From assembly GCA_963834375.1 (NCBI GenBank), contig CAWIBM010000004.1:277150-341149 (forward strand): a stretch of DNA of 64,000 bases. Reading direction: 5' to 3'. The notes under the pieces were generated by a model, which saw nothing but the letters and a program-made list of their open reading frames with translations, searched no databases and was not told the DNA's origin. This stretch comes from an uncultured Acidimicrobiia bacterium. Its GTDB lineage: Bacteria > Actinomycetota > Acidimicrobiia > Spongiisociales > UBA5794. The position numbers were made by a program, and so were the translations under genes. Positions 24,962 through 36,239 of the stretch are shown here, in pieces. Each line of letters opens with the position of its first letter. Within the stretch, counting starts at the first letter, position 1.

Positions 24962-25324
24962 ATGACGGTCAACCGCAGTCGTAGAGCGAGGGCCGCCCGC
25001 CGACGCAAGCGTCGCATGGATCGGGTCGAGCACGACCTCACGAACGAGCAATGGACGGCGCTCGAGGCGGCGTGGGGTGGCTGCGCGTACTGCGGTGCGA
25101 CGGATGCCCCCTTGCAGCGTGACTGCGTGCTCGCGCTCTCCCGTGGCGGCCGTTACACCCTCGACAACGTCGTACCGGCATGCCGATCCTGCAACACCAG
25201 CAAGTGCGGCGACGAGGTGACAGGCTGGCTCCGAAGGAAGCGGCTCGACGAGCGGGCGTTCCTGATGCGCCATCTCGAGATCAACGAATCGCTCGCCACC
25301 CGGTCCCTCCTAGGTGGGCGGTAG
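24962..25324 (+). CDS. Small HNH-family endonuclease
   Basis: CAYCG..RDCVLALSRGG..DNVVPACRSCN. Confidence 0.85.
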   Translation: MTVNRSRRARAARRRKRRMDRVEHDLTNEQWTALEAAWGGCAYCGATDAPLQRDCVLALSRGGRYTLDNVVPACRSCNTSKCGDEVTGWLRRKRLDERAFLMRHLEINESLATRSLLGGR

Positions 25325-25717
25325 CGAGTACTCGGGCACGAACTCAGCTCCCGGCTTCTTCGACAGATCGGGAGAGCAGACAGAACTCATTGCCTTCGGG
25401 ATCGGAGAGGACCACCCACGTGGCGTCGGCCCCCTGGCCCACGTCCGTGCGCCGCGCCCCAGGCTGAGGAGCCGTCCGAGCTCATCGGCTGTGGCTGTGC
25501 CGTCGGCGCGAACGTCGAAGTGGAGTCGGTTCTTGACGGTCTTCTTCTCAGGCACCGCCACCACGTCGATCGTCGGCCATGATCCATCCTGCGGCGCGAT
25601 GCTGATGACGCTGCCGTCCTCGTCGACGACCTGCCAACCGAGGACGCGGCACCAGAAGTCGGCGACCAGACGTGGCTGCACAGCGTCGATGGAAATGACC
25701 GCTATTCGACTGGACAT
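25310..25717 (-). CDS. VOC/glyoxalase family protein, frameshifted
   Basis: ADFWCRVLGW, KTVKNRLHFDV, and DPEGNEFC in an adjacent frame. Confidence 0.88.
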   Translation of the reverse strand: MSSRIAVISIDAVQPRLVADFWCRVLGWQVVDEDGSVISIAPQDGSWPTIDVVAVPEKKTVKNRLHFDVRADGTATADELGRLLSLGRGARTWARGPTPRGWSSPIPKAMSSVCSPDLSKKPGAEFVPEYSLPPT

Positions 25718-25895
25718 GCCGGGTCGACAGGGGGGTGGGGCTCGGTGAACTCAGTCCTTCCATAGGCGCCTGCCCACCCTACAGCCGAGCGCTCTGCCTG
25801 AACCGGCCACCCGGCCGGCCTCATCCGCAAACGAGTCCGAGCACGATGACAGGGGCTGCTGTACGCTGGCCGCCCCTGGCCGTAGGAGGCTTTAC

Positions 25896-26339
25896 GTGAG
25901 CACCGATGAGAATAAGGCCGTCGTCCGACGGTGGTTCAGCGAAGTCGTCAGCAACGGCGACATGAGCACGCTGGATGAGATTTGCGCCGTCTGCCATCCG
26001 TCGTTCGTGATGGTGCAGGGCGTGGTCGAGCCCGCTCCGGAAGGCATCTCCGGCCTCAAAGACCTCGTCGCTCGCCTGCGTACCGCGTTCCCGGATCTCG
26101 CGGCCACGGTCGAGGAGCAGGTCGCCGAGGGGGACAAGGTCGTCAGCCGGCTGACAATGACCGGGACGCATCAGGGCGAGTTCATGGGAATGCCGGCGAC
26201 CGGCAAGTCATTCAAGGTCGGAGGCGCCAGCATCTGGGAGGTTCGGGGCGGCCAGCTGATCTCCGAGTGGGTCAGCTGGGACTCGATGAGCATGCTGCAG
26301 CAACTGGGGGTCGCGGCAGCACCAGCGCCCGCTTCTTGA
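25896..26339 (+). CDS. SnoaL-like ester cyclase
   Basis: AGGAGG RBS. ENKAVVRR, AFPDL, TGTHQGEFMGMPATGK. Confidence 0.9.
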   Translation: MSTDENKAVVRRWFSEVVSNGDMSTLDEICAVCHPSFVMVQGVVEPAPEGISGLKDLVARLRTAFPDLAATVEEQVAEGDKVVSRLTMTGTHQGEFMGMPATGKSFKVGGASIWEVRGGQLISEWVSWDSMSMLQQLGVAAAPAPAS

Positions 26340-26411
26340 TCGAGCAGGCCGGCGCTGGCGATCCGCGGGGAGCTTGCGGCAACCCCGATCGGCGAGGTCG
26401 CGACCAACCCG

Positions 26412-26561
26412 CTACATCGAGATGACGGTCGGTACCCCCCAGGCTCCATACCCGCCGGCACCACCGTCGTCGCTGTCGTCGTCGTAGCCACAGCTACCCA
26501 GGACGAGGACCGATACGAGCAGGAACGACACGAGTAGGAACTGAGCGATCAGGAATCGCAT
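26412..26561 (-). CDS. 49-aa putative small lipoprotein (below ORF-track cutoff)
   Basis: GGGAGG RBS, then MRFLIAQFLLVSFLLVSVLVLGSCGYDDDSDDGGAGGYGAWGVPTVISM-stop. Lipobox LGSC. Confidence 0.55.
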   Translation of the reverse strand: MRFLIAQFLLVSFLLVSVLVLGSCGYDDDSDDGGAGGYGAWGVPTVISM

Positions 26562-26676
26562 GGGCAACCTCCCAGGCTGACACCACCACCCTCCCCGGCC
26601 GCGCTTTCATGGAAACCGAAACGTACGTCGCCTTCGACTTGTGTGAGCGCGGACTCGGCTGGGTAGGCTCGCCGCC

Positions 26677-27351
26677 ATGAAGATCTTCGTCACCGGCGGC
26701 ACCGGGGTCATCGGCCGCCACACCATCCCCATGCTGACCGAGGCCGGGCACGACGTCGACGCCCCGGGGCATCACGACCTGGACCTGCTCGACCCGGATG
26801 CGGTGCGTGACGCCGTCGCCCCGGCGGACGCCGTGCTCCACTTCGCCACCAGGATCCCGCCACCGGAGCAGAGAGGCGAGCCGGAGAACTGGGCGGAGAA
26901 CGACCGGCTGCGCGGCGAGGGGACACCAATCCTGGCCCGGGCCGCACTGGTCGGGTCGGTCGACCTGCTCCTCATGCCCACCGTCGCCTTCGTCTACCCG
27001 CCCGGGCCGTCCGACGAGACGACGCCCATCAGGGACGACCTGCCGTTCTTCCTGAACACTGCGCTGGTCGCCGAGCAGGCGGTCGCCGGGTTCACCCAAT
27101 CCGGGCGCCGCGGGATCGTGCTGCGGCTCGGGCTGCTCTACGGGCCCGGCACCGGCTCGGACGGGCCCGACGACTACTTCGGGACCACCCTCGAGATCGA
27201 TGACGCCGCCAGGGCGATCGTTGCCGCCCTCGACGCACCCGCCGGGTTGTACAACGTCGTGGCCGACGGCGAAGCCGGTGTCCAACCGCCTGTTCCGCGA
27301 GACGACGGGCTGGACGCCGACCACCTGACCGGTAGCCGGCCGAGGCCGTGA
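26677..27351 (+). CDS. NAD(P)-dependent oxidoreductase/epimerase (atypical SDR)
   Basis: MKIFVTGGTGVIG and LRLGLLYGPG. Confidence 0.85.
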   Translation: MKIFVTGGTGVIGRHTIPMLTEAGHDVDAPGHHDLDLLDPDAVRDAVAPADAVLHFATRIPPPEQRGEPENWAENDRLRGEGTPILARAALVGSVDLLLMPTVAFVYPPGPSDETTPIRDDLPFFLNTALVAEQAVAGFTQSGRRGIVLRLGLLYGPGTGSDGPDDYFGTTLEIDDAARAIVAALDAPAGLYNVVADGEAGVQPPVPRDDGLDADHLTGSRPRP

Positions 27352-27407
27352 GCGGCGGCTGGGCCTGCCGGTAGAGTCGGGGACCCGCTCCCCCGCTGCA
27401 GGTTCTC

Positions 27408-29227
27408 ATGTCCGACAATCCTCAGACGCTTGCGCGCCGCCCTCGCCTCCGGGCTGCGGCTGATCGGGCTATTTCGTCAAGCAGCACCCGTGGTCGTTCG
27501 CCCTCGCCGCCACCGGGGCCGCCTTCTTCGCCGGCGCCATCGTCGCCTCGGCGGTGGTGATCGGTAGGGCGACCGACCAGGTCATCGTCCCGGTGCTCGA
27601 CGGGGGCGAGCCGATCGACGGGCGGCTGGCACCGGCGGTGTGGGCAGTGGTCGCCGTGGCGACCTGGAAGGCGGCCGCCATCGTGCTGAGGCGGAGCGGG
27701 GCCAGCTACCTGTTCTTCGCCAACCAGGCCGACCTGCGACTGGGGCTGATCGACCGCATCCTGCGGCTGGAGCTGTCGTGGTACCGGCGACAGACCGTCG
27801 GCGACCTGCTCGCCGTCACCGACGCCGACACCAGCCAGTCCACGTTCATCCTCAACCCGCTGCCGTTCTCCACAGGGGCGTCCCTCCTGCTGATCGGGTC
27901 GGTGGTGATGATCGCCTTCATCGACCCGCTGCTGGCGGCTGATCGCCCTGGTCGCCCTGGCGGGTCTGCTCTCCATCGACATCCGGGGGAGCTGGCGCAC
28001 CTTCGAGCAGTACCAGGAGGTGCAGGAGGAGCGCGGCCTGGTGGCCCGGGTGGCCCACGAGAGCTTCGACGGCGCCCTCACCGTGAAGGCGCTGGGCCGC
28101 GAGGACACCGAGACGGCCCGATTCGAGCGGTCATCGGACAACCTGCGGCGGCATGTTGACCAGCGTCGGCGTCACGTTCTCCACGTACCGGGTGGTGGTC
28201 GAGGGTCTGCTGTCGGTGGTCACCGTGGTGATGCTGGTGGCCGGGGCGATCCGCATCCAGGCAGCGGCGGTCACCCCGGGCGAGGTGATCACCATCGCCT
28301 ACCTCCTGTCGCTGTTGTTCATCCCCATCCGCATCATCGGCTTCATGCTCTGGGACATGTCGCACTCGACGGCGGCGTGGCGGCGGATCCAGCGGGTGCT
28401 CACCGCCGACGAGCTGGTCGAGTACGGGACCCTGGAGACCCGGATGTGGCCCAGCGGGGCGGAGGTCGACGGCGCCTCGATCGGGTTCGGCTACCTGCCC
28501 GATCAGCCCGTCCTGCTCGACGTGCACCTCGACATCCGTTCGGGCAAGGTCGTGGCCGTCGTCGGCCCGACCGGGTCCGGCAAGTCGACGCTGGTCACGC
28601 TGCTCGCCCGGCTCTGGGACCCGGGATCCGGGCTCGATCACCATCGACGGCGCCGACCTGCGCGAGTTCGCCCGGTCCGCCCTGCCCGGCGAGGTCGCCT
28701 TCGTAGGCCAGGACGCCTTCCTCTTCGACGACACGGTGCGGGGCAACATCGCCTTCGGCACCGACGCCGACGACGATGCGGTGCGGACGGCCGCAGACGT
28801 TGCCGGCGCCACCGGGTTCATCGAGCAGCTCCCCCAGCGGTGGGACACCCTGGTCGGTGAGCGGGGCACCACCTTGTCCGGTGGCCAGCGGCAACGCATC
28901 GCCCTCGCCCGGGCGCTGGTGCGCCGCCCCCGGCTGCTGATCCTCGACGACGCCACCTCGGCGGTCGACCCGTCGGTGGAGACCCGGATCCTCGAGCGGC
29001 TCAGGGTCGTCGAGCTCCCGTCGACCGTGGTGATGGTCGCCTATCGCCGCTCGTCGATCATGCTCGCCGACGAGGTGGTGTTCGTCGACGACGGTCGGGT
29101 CATCGCCCACGGGACCCACGACGAGCTGATGACCTCCGTCCCCGGTTATGCCCGCATCCTCGAGGCGTACGAGCGTGATGCCGAGGCCCGGTCCGCCGGC
29201 GCCGTGGCCGGTGCGGAGGAGCCGTGA
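27408..29227 (+). CDS. ABC exporter, fused permease/ATPase subunit 1, frameshifted
   Basis: TM domain, [28 protein letters not shown]. Confidence 0.9.
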
Positions 29228-31013
29228 CCACCGCCGACCAGACCATGTCGACTTCTCGGGCGCTGCGGCGCATGCTGGTCGAGGCGCCGGCGCTGCGGCG
29301 CGGGCTGGTCGTGACCATCCTCCTCGCCGCCCTGGGGACGGCGATCCAGATCGTCGTCCCCGTCGTCGTCCAGCGGATCATCGACAACGAGATCCTGGCG
29401 CCGGCCGGGGTCGATGTCGGCGGGGTGCTGACGCTCGGCGCGGTGGCGGTCGGGGCGATGCTGGCGGCGATGGTGGTGCGCCGGCTGGCGCTGGTGCGGC
29501 TGGCCACCCAGGCGGCTCAGGGGCTGTCCGACCTCCGGGTGGGAGCCTTCTCGCACCTCCACCGCCTCGACGTGCTCCACGTCGAGGCGGAGCGACGCGG
29601 GTCGCTGGTCGCCCGGGTCACCAGTGACATCGCCGCCATCCAGGACTTCGTCGACTGGGGAGGGGTGGGGCTCCTCATCGGCAGCGCCCAGGTGGTGATG
29701 GCAGTGGCGATGATGCTGGCCTTCGAGTGGCGGCTGGCCCTGTTCGTGCTCGCCGGGGTGGTGCTCTACGGGCTGCTCCTGGTTCTGTTCCAGCGGGTGC
29801 TGCAACGACTGCACGACCAGGTCCGGAGACGCGTGGGTGACACGATGTCGGCCATGGGTGAGGCGGTTTCGGGACTCCCGGTGGTGCGCGCCTACGGGAC
29901 GGAGGACGCCACGGTGGCCAAGGTCCGTTCGGTGGTCGACGCGCAATTCAAGGTGGAGCACCGCACCTTCGTGGTGGGCGCCGCCCTGTTCTCCAGCGCC
30001 GAGATCTTCGCCGGTGCCATCACGGCCGGGGTCATCGCCTTCGGCGTCGCCCTCGGCCCGGGGTGGGGCCTCACCGCCGGGACCCTGCTCGGCCTCCTGT
30101 TCCTGGTGACCCTGCTGGTGGAGCCGGTGCAGACCCTGGTGGAGACCCTCGACCAGGCCCAGTCGGCGGCCTCGGGTGTTCGGCGCATCGTCGAGGTGCT
30201 CGACACCCCGATCGTCATCGCCGACCCGATCGACGGCGCCATCCTGCCGGCAGGCGCCCTCGACGTCGCCTTCGAGGGAGTGCGGTTCCGGTACCCGGCC
30301 GGGGACGACGTGTTGCAGGACGTCACCGTCACCATCCCGGCCGGGGCGCGCGTCGCGGTGGTTGGGCGAGACTGGGTCCGGTAAGTCCACGTTCTCCAAG
30401 CTGGCCACCCGGCTGCTCGACCCGACCGGAGGGCAGGGTGCTCGTCGGCGGCGTGCCCGTCGATCAGGTCGCCTTCGACAGCCTGCGCCGGCGCATGGTC
30501 TTCGTCCCCCAGGAGGGCTTCCTGTTCGACACGACGATCGCCGACAACGTCCGGTACGGCAGCCCGGACGCCACCGACGCCGAGGTCGTCGAGGCGTTCG
30601 CCGACCTCGAGCTCGACGGATGGCTGGCGTCGCTCCCCGCCGGGGCCGCCACCGAGGTCGGTGAGCGGGGCAGTGCCCTCTCCGCCGGCGAACGGCAGCT
30701 GGTGGCGCTGGCCCGGGCCTGGATCGCCGACCCGGCGGTGTTGGTGCTCGATGAGGCGACGTCGGCGGTCGACCCCGCCCTCGAGGTGCAGATCCGTCGG
30801 GCCATGGAGCACCTCACCGAGTCGCGCACCTCGATCACGGTCGCCCACCGGCTGTCCACGGCGGAAGCGGCGGACTGGGTGCTGGTGTTCGACGAGGGTC
30901 GCCTTGTGGAGCGCGGCTCCCACGAAGACCTGCTGGCGCTCGGCGGCGTCTACGCCGACCTCCACACCGATTGGGCGGCCGGCACGTCGGGGGTCGTAAC
31001 CCCGTCCGGCTGA
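29224..31013 (+). CDS. ABC exporter, fused permease/ATPase subunit 2, frameshifted
   Basis: TM domain, [33 protein letters not shown]. Confidence 0.9.
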
Positions 31014-31020
31014 CGGGACA

Positions 31021-32199
31021 TCACGGCGGAGCCCGATCGGCCGTGGCGAAAGCGTGGCCGGTGGGGACGACGTCGTTGCCGATGACGACGGCCCTGCCCT
31101 GGTGGATGGCGGTGTGGTGGTAGCGGCAGACGAGGATGCAGTTCTCGAGGCTCGTCTCGCCGCCGTCGAGCCAGTGGACGATGTGATGCGCGTCACACCA
31201 GTGCGCCGGCCTCCGGCAACCGCGGAACCGGCAACCGCCGTCCCGCACCACCAATGCCTTGCGTAGGGCCGGTGAGGGCACGCGAGTAGCCCTCCCGAGA
31301 TCGAGGATCTCCGAGACGCCCCGAGTGATCACCCGAGTGACTTCGGCGTCACAGAGGATCCGGTGTGCGGACCCCGGGGTGATCGGGCCGGTGTGGTCGA
31401 GGTCGCAGCGGGTCCCGCTTCTGTCCAGGAACGTGTCGAGATCGACCGTGAGTGTGACCGCTGCCCGTAGGCCACCGTCCACTGTGCCGTTGCGGAGCCA
31501 CTGCTCGCACAGCAGGCCCAACGCCTCGGCTCGCCGATTCGCAGCCGAGCGCGAGTCCGTGACGACGGGCGGTGGGGTGGCAGCGTCCAGCGCGGTGAGC
31601 ACTGCTTCGCCGAGCTCGGGGTCCAGGAGGCCGTCCAGTCTGACCATGCCCTCAAAGGTGACCGAGGCATGCAGGTAGGCCAGCGCCCGACGATCCTCCG
31701 CCGCCCGCTCGGCTCGCGACTCGTCGGCGCAGTTGGCCCAATACCGGGTGGCGCGGCGTAGGTCGGGGAGTTCGAGGTCACCGGCGAGCCCGATCAGCAT
31801 CGGCTCGTCGCGCTCGTAGGGCTTGGGGTGTGCGTGCGCCACCCGGGACAGGAGTCGAGCCCTGGCATGGGAGAGGGAGCCGGACTCGAAGGCGTCGGCG
31901 GTGTCCGGATGGTCGACCATTGTCCTGGCCAGCCCGACGAGGGAACGGGCTTCTCCGTCGGACACGTCGGCGTGCACCGCAACCCACCGGGTCAGGCTCA
32001 GCCCTTCCGGGTGCGCACCGAGGGCGCGTTGGGAGGCGATCCGACCGGCGAGCCTCGCCGACAGCATCGACATGGCCCGGCCGAGGGAGGCGATGTCCTC
32101 CGCCAGGGCGAAGGACGGAACCGGCTCCTCGACGCGCACCGGGACCCGCTCGATCACCGCCAGCAAGTCGTCGAGCAACCCAGGCCCCTTCCCGCACAC
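31021..32199 (-). CDS. DUF222 (13E12-repeat family) HNH endonuclease
   Basis: ILDLGRATR..LRKALVVRDGGCRFRGC..WCDAHHIVHWLDGGETSLENCILVCRYHH. Start codon uncertain. Confidence 0.92.
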   Translation of the reverse strand: MCGKGPGLLDDLLAVIERVPVRVEEPVPSFALAEDIASLGRAMSMLSARLAGRIASQRALGAHPEGLSLTRWVAVHADVSDGEARSLVGLARTMVDHPDTADAFESGSLSHARARLLSRVAHAHPKPYERDEPMLIGLAGDLELPDLRRATRYWANCADESRAERAAEDRRALAYLHASVTFEGMVRLDGLLDPELGEAVLTALDAATPPPVVTDSRSAANRRAEALGLLCEQWLRNGTVDGGLRAAVTLTVDLDTFLDRSGTRCDLDHTGPITPGSAHRILCDAEVTRVITRGVSEILDLGRATRVPSPALRKALVVRDGGCRFRGCRRPAHWCDAHHIVHWLDGGETSLENCILVCRYHHTAIHQGRAVVIGNDVVPTGHAFATADRAPP

Positions 32200-32238
32200 G
32201 CGCCCTCGGTGAGAGCGCTTCGATGGGGAAGTCCTTTC

Positions 32239-32267
32239 ATCTTATCGAACGTACGTTCGATTGTCAA
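32239..32267 (-). promoter_or_regulatory. Sigma-A promoter with LexA SOS box in the spacer
   Basis: Minus strand TTGACA-N17-TAAGAT. The spacer contains TCGAAC-GTAC-GTTCGA (32245-32260). Confidence 0.85.
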
Positions 32268-32348
32268 GCATCATGACAACGATTGTCACTCGCCCGGCCG
32301 AGCGATGCCGGCGAGCCGCCAGAATGCCGGCGCCCGGAGAGGAGGGGC

Positions 32349-33117
32349 GTGGTCGAGTTGAGGACACCGGACGAGATCGAGGCGATGCGACCTGCGGGCC
32401 GCTTCGTCGCCGCCGTCCTCGCCGCCACCAGCGAAGCCGCCGACGTGGGGGTCAACCTGCTCGACCTCGACCGGCTCGCCCACCGGATGATCGAAGACGC
32501 CGGGGCGGAGTCGTGCTACATCGACTACCACCCGTCGTTCGGCGCCAGCCCCTTCGGCAAGGTGATCTGCACCTCGGTGAACGACGCCGTGCTCCACGGC
32601 CTCCCCCACGACTACGCCCTGCGCGACGGCGACCTGCTGACGCTCGACTTCGCCGCCTCGGTCGACGGATGGGTGTGCGACGCCGCCGTTTCGACGATCG
32701 TCGGCCGCCCCCGTAGCGGCGACATCCGGTTGATCGACACCACCCGCCTCGCCCTCGAAGCCGCCATCGCCGCGGCCCGACCCGGGAACCGGGTGGGCGA
32801 CATCTCGGCGGCCATCGCCGGTGTGGCCCGAGTCCGCCGGCTACCGGATCAACACAACGTTCGGCGGCCATGGCGTCGGTCGGGTCATGCACGGCGACCC
32901 GCACATCCCCAACGACGGCCGCCGCGGCCAGGGCCTGTCGCTGCGGCCCGGGCTGGTGATCGCCATCGAGCCCTGGTTCCTGGAGACCACCGACCTCATC
33001 TACACCGATCCCGACGGCTGGACGCTACGGTCGGTCGACGGCTCACGGGGCGCCCACTCCGAGCACACCGTGGCCGTCACCGACGACGGACCGATCGTCC
33101 TCACCGCGGCGACCTGA
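32349..33117 (+). CDS. map: Type I methionyl aminopeptidase, frameshifted
   Basis: ICTSVNDAVLHGLP, GHGVGRVMH, IAIEPW, AHSEHT. Confidence 0.93.
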
Positions 33118-33211
33118 GAGCGGGCACCGAGCCGACCGGCCGCCGGCTCTGGCAGCGGCGCACCGGCTGTTGGATAGAGTTGGCAAGCAGCGACCGGGGG
33201 GTGACGCGGGG

Positions 33212-36208
33212 ATGACCGCCGGAGACACATGGGTGGTGCCGCTGGACACCGCTCCGGTCGATGCCTCAGTGCTCGGTGGCAAGGGTGCCGCACTCGCCGA
33301 GCTGGTCGCCTTCGGGCACCCGGTGCCGTCCGGATTCGTGATCACCGTCCCCGCTTACCTGGCGATGCTCGCCCTCGGCGGAGTCAGCGATGCCCATGCG
33401 GAGCTGGGCGCCGCCTTCCGCAGCGGGCAGACCCGGCTCGATCTGGCGGAACGCATCGCATCCGCCATCGACGCGTCGCCCTACCCGCCCGGTCTCGCCG
33501 AGCAGATCGCCGAGCAGATCGCCCTCCTGCGGCTCTGGGACCAGTCGGACGGGTTGATCGTTCGGTCGTCGGCGACCGTCGAGGACTCGCAAGTCCTCGT
33601 CGTTCGCCGGCATCTTCGAGTCGGTGGCGATCGACGACCCTGCCTCGTTCGAGGATGCCGTCCGCGCCGTATGGCGCTCTACCGTCTCGCCCAGAGCCGT
33701 CACCTACGCCATCGAGACGGGGGCCGACGCCGCTCCGCTGATGGCCGTGGTGGTCCAGAGGTTCCTCGGGGCAACCCGCGCCGGCGTCATGTTCACCACG
33801 TTCGACGGCGCCACCCTGGTCGAGCATGTCGACGGTGGCAGCGAGAAGCTGGTCCTGGGCGAGGTGATCCCGGAACGACTGAGGATCGACCGGACGACCG
33901 GGGTCACCGAAGGGGCGTCGAAGGGCTCGACGCCGGGCAGGTCCTCGGCCTGGCGGCACTCGCCACCCGTCTCGAAGACGAATTCGGTGGGCCCCAGGAC
34001 GTGGAGTGGGTCATCTGGGGCGACCGCATCCACGTGGTCCAGACCCGCCCGATAACCACCTTCCTGACGACCCAGTCCTCGCCGATCGGTGACGCCCTGC
34101 TGACCGGGATCGCAGCCAGCGGAGGGGTCGGCTCCGGGCCATCGCATCTGGTGTTCAACATCGACCAGGCGTTGCGGCTGGAGAACGGGTCGGTCCTGGT
34201 CACCCCGATGACCAACCCCGACATGGTGGTGGCGATGCGGGCCTCCGCAGGGATCGTCACCGACGTCGGCGGTGTGATCTGCCACGCCGCCATCGTCTCC
34301 CGGGAGCTGGGACTTCCCTGTGTGGTCGGCACCGAGACGGCGACCGCCATGCTCGCCGACCGGCCAGATGGTCACGGTGGACGGCTCGTCCGGCGCGGTC
34401 TACGACGGAGTCGTCGAGGTCGCCAGGGACTTGGGAGGCGCCCCGGCCGAGTGGGCGGACGTCTGGTCTCGGTTCCAGGCGGACCGATCCGGCATCCCCC
34501 TGGTCCCCGGGATAGCCGCCCTCGAGGCGGCGCCGCCCGGCGAAGAGGCCGCGGTTCTGGTCGCCGACATCGACCTGCGCAGCTCGGTCCGAGGTCTGTG
34601 GAACGACCTGGAGCACCTCTCGGAGTCGGGACGCACCGCCATCGCCGCCGCGTACGTCGACCGGGTTCGCCGCGCCCTCGATGCCAGCGGCATGGCGCGC
34701 GTCTCGTTGCTCGGTGAGGACCTGCCGCCCGGGTTCTTCGACGCCGCAGTCTCCGCCACCGGAGACCAGCGCATCTCGATCGTCGAGGACGCCGGAGGCG
34801 CCGTCGCCATCACCGAAGCCCTCACCGGCGCCGCCGGCGATCGGCGGAGGATGCTCCCTGCAGTCGCCCAGGCGGTGGAGGCTGCCACCGATACCGCCAA
34901 GTTCTTCGGGCACACCCCGGCGGTGCGCCGGGCGGCGATGCCCGACCCCGGGTGGCGGGAACGCTGGTGGAGCTTGCTCCCGGAGTACGGACGGTTCCAC
35001 CAGGAGTTCTCCACCGCGCAGCAGCTCGGTGAACACGAGTGGCTCGAGATCCGACCCGAGCTCGTCATCTCGCCGCTGCTCAAGTCGTTGGTGCAGCCTG
35101 GGTTCGAGATGGTCCCGCGGGCGATGGGGTTCTCCGATCTACCGCCGCTCTACGTGAAGTGGATCCGGTGCCGCTACCACTTCCGTGCCGATGCCTTCGC
35201 CGCGGTGTGGGCAGCGATCGTGCGGGCCACCTGGGACCCGACGTACATGGCCGACCTCAATCGCCGGGTGCGACGCTCCTACGACCAGCTCGGCGAGGTG
35301 ACGGTGCTCTTCCCCACCGACGACGCCGAGCTGCGCATGCTGACCGGGGAGCGGATGGTGGCGTTGATGACCTCGTGGTGGCCTCGGTGGGTCGAGTTCT
35401 TCGCCCTCTGCTGGTTCATCCAGGCGCAGGGAGACGACATCCTCTACCCGTTCATCGAAGAGACGGTGGCCGCGAACCGCGCCGCCACCGGCGCCCACGC
35501 GGAGAAGGTCGTCGTCTGGCCCACCGCCGCCGACCTGGTGCTGCCCACGACACCGGTGCTGAGCGGCGACTACATGGCGAGTGTCGGTCGGCTGCGCAGC
35601 GTGATGCTCGAGAGGGGCTCGACACCGCGGACGCCGCGGTCACCGTGGTGGAGCGCGGCGAGGTGCCCGAACTGGCCGACGCCCTCGAGCGACACCTCGT
35701 CGACTGGCACTGGATGCGCGACCGTGACCTGCTCTTCGAGCCTTGGGACACACCGCACCGGGTGCTCGAAACCGCATTGCGAGCCGGGCCCCACACCCCG
35801 GTGCAGTACGGGGAGAACCTGCGACGCAACCTGTTCGCCCTCGGGTTCCACGCCGGCCTGGCGCGAGCATCGGGGCGCCACCGAGCCCTCGCCTACGCGG
35901 TCCGCAACCTCCAGGATCTCAACGTGGAACGGGAGAACCACCACGTGTTGTGGCTCAAGTACTCCTATCCGTTGCGCCGCGTGTTCCTCGAGATGGAACG
36001 GCGACTCATCGAGCAGGGTTCCATCGAGGCCGGCGACATCTGGTTCTTCGAGGCACCGGAGGTGATCGACCTGGCGCGGGCGCTCCCAGAACCGCCAGAT
36101 GCGGGCCTGGTGGCGAAGGTCCGCAACCGCCGCCGCGGCTTCGAGCAGGAGGCGCGACTCGACGACGGGACGTCGAGCCCTGTCGACGACGAGGACGACT
36201 ACTACTGA
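33212..36208 (+). CDS. PEP-synthase/rifampin-phosphotransferase-like dikinase: ATP-grasp, His swivel, helical C-terminal domain; frameshifted
   Basis: LGGKGAAL..VPSGF, VRSSATVED, MAVVVQ, QDVEW..VQTRPIT, GGVICHAAIVSRELGLPCVVG, C-terminal ERENHH..LRRVFLEMERRL..DIWFF. Confidence 0.85.
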
Positions 36209-36239
36209 GCGGCGTGAACGACGGCCGAGGGGGCGGAGA

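Noticed and set aside
25800-25895. Possible riboswitch upstream of the ester cyclase
   Set aside because: Only a short CAGGGGC/GCCCCTG stem and no recognisable aptamer consensus.
33212-36208. Calling it ppsA, ppdK or rph
   Set aside because: No pyruvate-binding barrel motifs are seen, and the domain order differs from RPH.
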